This document shows positions 58,961 to 64,000 of a stretch of 64,000 nucleotides of DNA, one piece after another. A model generated the notes under the pieces. The model saw only the letters and a program-made list of their open reading frames with translations, did not search any database and was not told the origin of the DNA. The DNA is from Diplonema japonicum (taxonomy: Eukaryota; Protista; Euglenozoa: Diplonemea): contig OZ025678.1 of assembly GCA_964019335.1 (NCBI GenBank), forward strand, positions 551,302 to 615,301, written 5' to 3'. How positions within the stretch are numbered: the stretch's first letter is position 1; every line of letters begins with the position of its first letter. Position numbers and translations under genes: made by a program.

Positions 58961-61900
58961 ATGGGGAATAAGGTCTACCTCAGGACTTTGAGGAGACCCC
59001 AAGAGGGACCGCGCCCACCGTCCACGCACGCCCTGCCCCCACTCCAAGGAATAGTGGGAGGAGACACGGTGGAAACGGCTGGCAGGGCGACCCGGTGGAA
59101 CCCACCCAGGGAAAGGCGCAGGGGTGTGCGAACTGGGAGGAAGAAGGAGGCAGCCCCGAAGAAGAAGGAGAGGAAGAGGAGGAGGACGGAGGCTGCTCTG
59201 GAGGCGAGGAGGCGGAGGAGGCAGGCGGCCAGGGAAGCAGAGGCCGACAGGGAAGAGGCAGGGAGGCAGGAGAGGAAGAGAGCGAGAAGGGAAGCGAAGA
59301 ACGCAGGCAGGAGGGAAGCAAGAACGAGGCGCAGGAGGCTGGAGGAAGGGCAGGCGGAAAGGGAAGTGGAGAGTAGTGGGTGGAGGGTTGCCCTCCCCAT
59401 TCTGTTCCACCTTCTATGCTGCCTTGTCACCCTCGCCCCTGCCCCAGACCTTGGTGGCCACTCAAGTGCACAAGGGGAAGGGTCGCGTCCCACGAGGAGA
59501 ACGAGGAGAAGGTGGGTGGGTAGAAGGCCTGGCAGACCTTCATTCAAGGTTGGGGGCAGGAGCTCTTCTAACCCCCACTTCCTTCCCTCGTCTCCACTAC
59601 CCCCTCCTCCTCCGTTTCCCCAGTCCCTTCCCCTCCCCTTCCATCAGGGGCTGAAAGCAACCGCCGAGCCCCCCCCATGCTCGAGACGCAGTGTCGCCCT
59701 CCCAGGAGGTGCCTTGAGAGGAGGGGCAGCATTCGAGTGCAAAAGCTGCGACTTCAAGGCGAAGACCAAGGGGGGACTCCGGTACCATGTCGCTGGTCAC
59801 TGGCGGAAGCAAGACGGCATCACGGCGGAGCAGGTAGTGGAGATGGGTTTTGGAATATGCGAGAGCTGCCCGGGAATATGCGCGGCTAGCAGCAAAAAGT
59901 GTCCGGAATGCTCGAACCAGGCGGGTGCCGGGAAAACCAAGTCGAAGAAGAAGAAGCCCCAGCAGGCCAAGCCAAGCCTCCAGGGTGACGGAAGAGCAAC
60001 AATGGATGCACTCATATCGTTCACGGGCGCGAGACTGGTCCCAGTGGCGGGAGACGGGAACTGTATGTTCCGAGCCATCGCCCACTTCCTCCACCGAGAT
60101 GAACGGAAGCACGCAGAGGTGAGGGCAGAAGTGATGGAGCACATGCGGGCCGAGGCTGGGAAGTACTCGCCTTTCATGGAGGAGGGCAGCCAGGGCCTGG
60201 AGGAATACGTCAGGGAGATGAGCAAGGACAAGTCGTGGGGAGACCACGTATGTCTGGTGGCGGCCTCGGATCTTTGGCAGAGGCCTATCCTAGTGGTGGT
60301 GGGAGGCGAGTGGTCGGTGCTGGAGATAGCGGCAGAGGGTGTGGACCTGGGGACGGCAGGGTCGCACATCGTCATGGGCTTCAACGGCGAGCACTATGAC
60401 CCGGTGGAGGCAGACACACAACAGATGGAAAGGATGAGAGGGTGGGCCTACAGCGTGAGGTCGCAGGCGCCAGGGGTGCAACCCGCAGCGGCACCTAGCG
60501 AAGACTTCATGAAGGTATCGGATCCAGTAGAGAAAAGAGTGGACCCGGGGGTCGGAAGAGCGGAGGAAGCCGCCCCGTTGAAGTCAAAGACAGACCTGTA
60601 CTGCCCCGTGTATGGGTGCGAGAGGTCGCTAAGGATGAAGGGGAGGGCCTTCATGTCGTTCGCGACCCTGACGGAGCACCTGAACGATCACCTGATGGAG
60701 TCGGAGGTATCGCAGGCGGATCTGCGGGGCATAGGCCTGCGCCCGTGTGTCTGTGGGAGACTGGCGAGCACGGAGAAGGGTGCGCACGAGGAGTGCCTGA
60801 AGGAGATGGGAGAGTTCGCCCCCACCGAGAGATGCGCGGCGCCGCACAGGTCGGAGCTCCCCTCCCTGGATGAAGTGATGTCGGCAAAAGTAAGGGTGCT
60901 GAAGTGGGTCCCAGACAGCCTGAGGAGGGACTGGAGTGTGGCACTCAAACAATGCATGGACAGGGTAGTGGAAGAGAAGACCTACGAGTCCTGGGTCATG
61001 CTCATGATGCTCCCCAAGGTGTGCCTCTCGAAGCGCAAGGGTGGGAAGGATAGGAGGAAGACCAACGAGAAGAACAACAAGAACAAGCTCGCACAGTGGC
61101 TGAGGGGAGAACACAAGGAGCTGTGGGAGGACCTGCCGAAGCCTAAGTATGTACCTCCGAAGGAGCCGACGGAGGAGACACGCCTGAGCAGAGCGGAGAC
61201 GCTGACCAGGGAGATGAGATTCTCCCAGGCGAATGCGGCCTTGACGGCGGTAGGGCTAGCGGACGACGACGAGGACACAGAGAGGAAACTCGAGGCGCTA
61301 CACCCGAGACCAATGCATGACCCGAGCCTGCTGGACCTGGGGGAGCCGGAAGAGGCGGAAGTGCTTACACCCCTGGAGTGTGTCCGCACCCTGCAGGACC
61401 TGGGCAAGGGGAAGTCGGCGGGCCCTTCGGGCCTCAGCGTGGAACATCTCCGGGCAGCTGTGGAGGGCAGGGCGAAGGCGAAAGGGATCACAGAGTCGCT
61501 GACAAGGACGTGCAATGTGATGGTCCAGGGGGAGGTCCCGAGTGACGTCGTCCCGTTCCTAGCAGGCGGTTCACTTACTCCGCTGAAGAAGCCGGACAAG
61601 GGAGTTCGCCCAATCGCGGTGGGCGAATGCCTGAGGAGGTTAGTGGCGAAAGCCCTGGTCGTGAAAATAGCCCCTGCAGTTGCCACGGAGTACTTGAGGA
61701 AAGGTGGTCAACTGGGGGTGGCGGTGCCGGCGGGCATGGAAGCGGCTGTGCACACCTTTAGGCAATACGTGAAGAGGGAGAGGGAACAGGGAGAGGGAAA
61801 CAGGGTAATCGTGAAGGTGGACTACGCGAACGCCTTCAATTCTATGAGCAGGCACGAGATCTTGCGACAAGTGAGGGCGAAGGCTGCTGGGGCGGAAAAA

Positions 61901-64000
61901 TGGGCGCAACTTTGTTACAAGAATCCCACGAACCTGCTGTACGGGGATGGGAAGGTCCTGCAGTCGAAGGAGGGTGTGCAGCAAGGGGATCCTCTGGGAC
62001 CCCTCTTCTTCTCCCTCGCCCTCCAACCCATCATTGAAAAGGTCAAGGAACAGACGGACTTGGACATCTGTCAGTTTTACCTGGACGATGGGGTCTTCGC
62101 GGGCGAGGTGGAGCAAGTGAGGAAGGCGGTGGACATCCTGACGGAGTTGAGCGCAGATGTTCACCTGTCGGTGAAGCCGGCGAAATGCGAACTCATCTGG
62201 GTACGCGGGGAGAAGCCCAACGACCCAGCCGAGTGGGGCTTCAAGGGCTTCAGAAAGGACAAAGTGTCCCGCGACGGCAACTTCGAGCTGCTAGGGGCAC
62301 CGATCGGCACACCGGAGTACACGACCGCCTTCCTCCACAGGAAGATCGACAGGCTGGCGGAGACCTTCCGGATGCAGTCGAAGATGCGGGCACAGTCGGG
62401 GTACGCCCTCCTTCGCAGCTGCCAGTCTTTCGGCAAGATGGTGCACTTCATGCGGACCATCCCTGAGACCCATGTTGGGGACGCCATGCAGAGGTTCGAC
62501 GAGTTGGTCAGATCGACGATGGGGTGCCTGGCGGGAGGGGAGCTGGAGGGGCACCAGTGGAAACAAGCAAGCCTAGCAGTAAGGAGGGGAGGGCTGGGCC
62601 TGAGGAGCTGCCAGGAGCACCTGAGAGTGGCGAACATCGCATCCCTGGTGGCGACGCGGAACATCTCCCAGGAGATCGACCCCATGTACGACTGGGATTC
62701 CGCGGCAGACTGGGAGGAGCACTGCAGGTGGCTGAACGAGAAGGTCCCGGGCGAGGCGGCCCTGATGAGCGTGGGGCTCTTGAAGGACTACCCGAAGGCA
62801 GCTCAGCAGAGGCTCCTGTCCCTCATTCTCGAGGACAGCGCATGGCAAGGCCTCCTGGGGGAGGCAGGGAAGGAAGACAAGGCCAGGATCCGCGGGACGG
62901 CGATGCAAGGAGCCGGGGCATGGCTGGTGGCCCCCCTCACCCATGGCAACCTGATGAACGATGAGGAGTTCAAGGTGGCGACGAGGTGGTGGCTCGGGGC
63001 GCCTCTATACCAAGAGGGCACACAGTGCTTGAACTGCGGGGAGGAAATGGACGCCCGAGGAGACCACGCGCAGTGCTGCAAGAACGGAGGGACCACGCAA
63101 CACCGCCACAACGGGGTGAGGGACGTCCTGTATGACCAGTGCAGGGAGGGGGCGATAGATGTGGTCAGGGAGGAGAAGCACATCGTGGCTGGCTCATCGG
63201 CAAAGCCAGCGGACATCCTCCTCCCGAGCGGGATACAAGGAAACGGCCACGGGCTGGCGGTGGATGTGACGGTGGTGCACCCTCGGACGGTGGGCAACCT
63301 GGAACAGGCCTCAAAAACTGCTGGCTACGCTGCGAACAAGGCCCAGGAGGCGAAGAACAAGAAGCACATGGAAGCGTGCAAGGAGGCTCACAAGCAGTTC
63401 CGCCCTTTTGCGGTGGAAACGTTTGGGGGTCTGGCAGGGCAGGCCAGGGAGTTCTTGAAGGAGGTGGCATCTGAAGCAGCGAAGAGGACGCGACGACACA
63501 GGGTGGAGGTCTTCAACGACATGAAGGCCGCAGTGTCGGCGGCCGTGGTCAAGGGCGTGGCGAGGGCGGCCATCAGGAAGGGGAAGGTTCTGGTGGAGAA
63601 GATGGAACTGGACTCGGAAGCGGAGCAGCACTCCCAGGAGGAGAGGAGGGAGCGGGAGGATCAGGAGGCGATGGAACGGGAAGCTGCGGCTACAGGAATG
63701 GAGGAGGAGGTAGCTGAGGCGGCGTTCTACCTGACAGGGATGGCTGCTCTGGCCGCGGCGAAGGCGGCGGAGAACAAGTTCCAGGAGGAGGCAGAGAGGA
63801 GGACCGCGAACCTGGCGGCCGCGGCGGTGGTAGCAGCAGCGTCAGCGGCAGCAAAAGCAGCGGCGGAGCGGGTGGACGCGGAGATGGGAGAGGAGGAGAC
63901 AGGGAGCGGCACAATCCAAAACACAAAAGCTGGCCCTGTGAGGAGCGGAGAGGAAGGAGGGGCCCGGAACCAGGGGGCGGTGGATGGCACAGAAAACAAT
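58961..64000 (+). mobile_element. CRE-clade non-LTR retrotransposon, single intact ORF (3'-partial): basic N-terminus, C2H2 fingers, OTU protease, reverse transcriptase, CCHC + restriction-like endonuclease, acidic tail
   Basis: Manual translation from ATG 58961 found no stop before the window end. CKSC..H..H (59732), GDGNCMFRAIA..WG..HYD (60030-60410), CPVYGC..HLNDH, RPIAVGECLRRL, DYANAFNS, GVQQGDPLGP, YLDD (62078), LGAPIG, GGLG, CLNC..DHAQCC..RHNGVRD (63026-63125), PADI, AVDVTV, FAVETFG. Confidence 0.93.

Overview
Eukaryotic nuclear DNA, most likely from a diplonemid (Euglenozoa). The evidence is a diplonemid-type spliced-leader (SL) sequence at 49158-49197 and a kinetoplastid-style PKA regulatory subunit. 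Positions 1-46.8 kb hold about 22 tightly packed protein genes, all on the + strand. Many have a polypyrimidine-AG site just before the ATG, and many are interrupted by tiny 30-43 nt introns (mostly GTATG...AG) that cluster at gene 3' ends. The genes include a TMEM181/Wntless-lipase fusion, a 7-module LRR protein, ORMDL, an enoyl-CoA isomerase, AP-4 epsilon, a CIPK-like kinase, PIG-C, UPF2, a SMYD-like protein, a SAC9-like/FYVE protein, a Kv channel, two cold-shock proteins, kinesin-3, DYRK and an internally doubled nucleoside-type PKA-R (two inhibitor sites, four CNB domains). Positions 49-64 kb are a nest of retroelements: an SL-headed, poly(A)-tailed AlkB-like retrocopy, an Ingi-type RNase H remnant, a ~1 kb non-coding repeat in two inverted copies (one split by a LINE 3' fragment with a verifiable 12-bp TSD), and a 7 x 148 bp array of a structured 113-nt unit plus poly(A). 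It also holds an intact CRE-clade non-LTR retrotransposon ORF (58961 to beyond 64000, missing from the ORF track) with zinc fingers, an OTU protease, RT, a restriction-like endonuclease and a long acidic tail, plus an apparently identical 5'-truncated copy at 53129-54654. All assignments come from manual motif reading; no searches were run.
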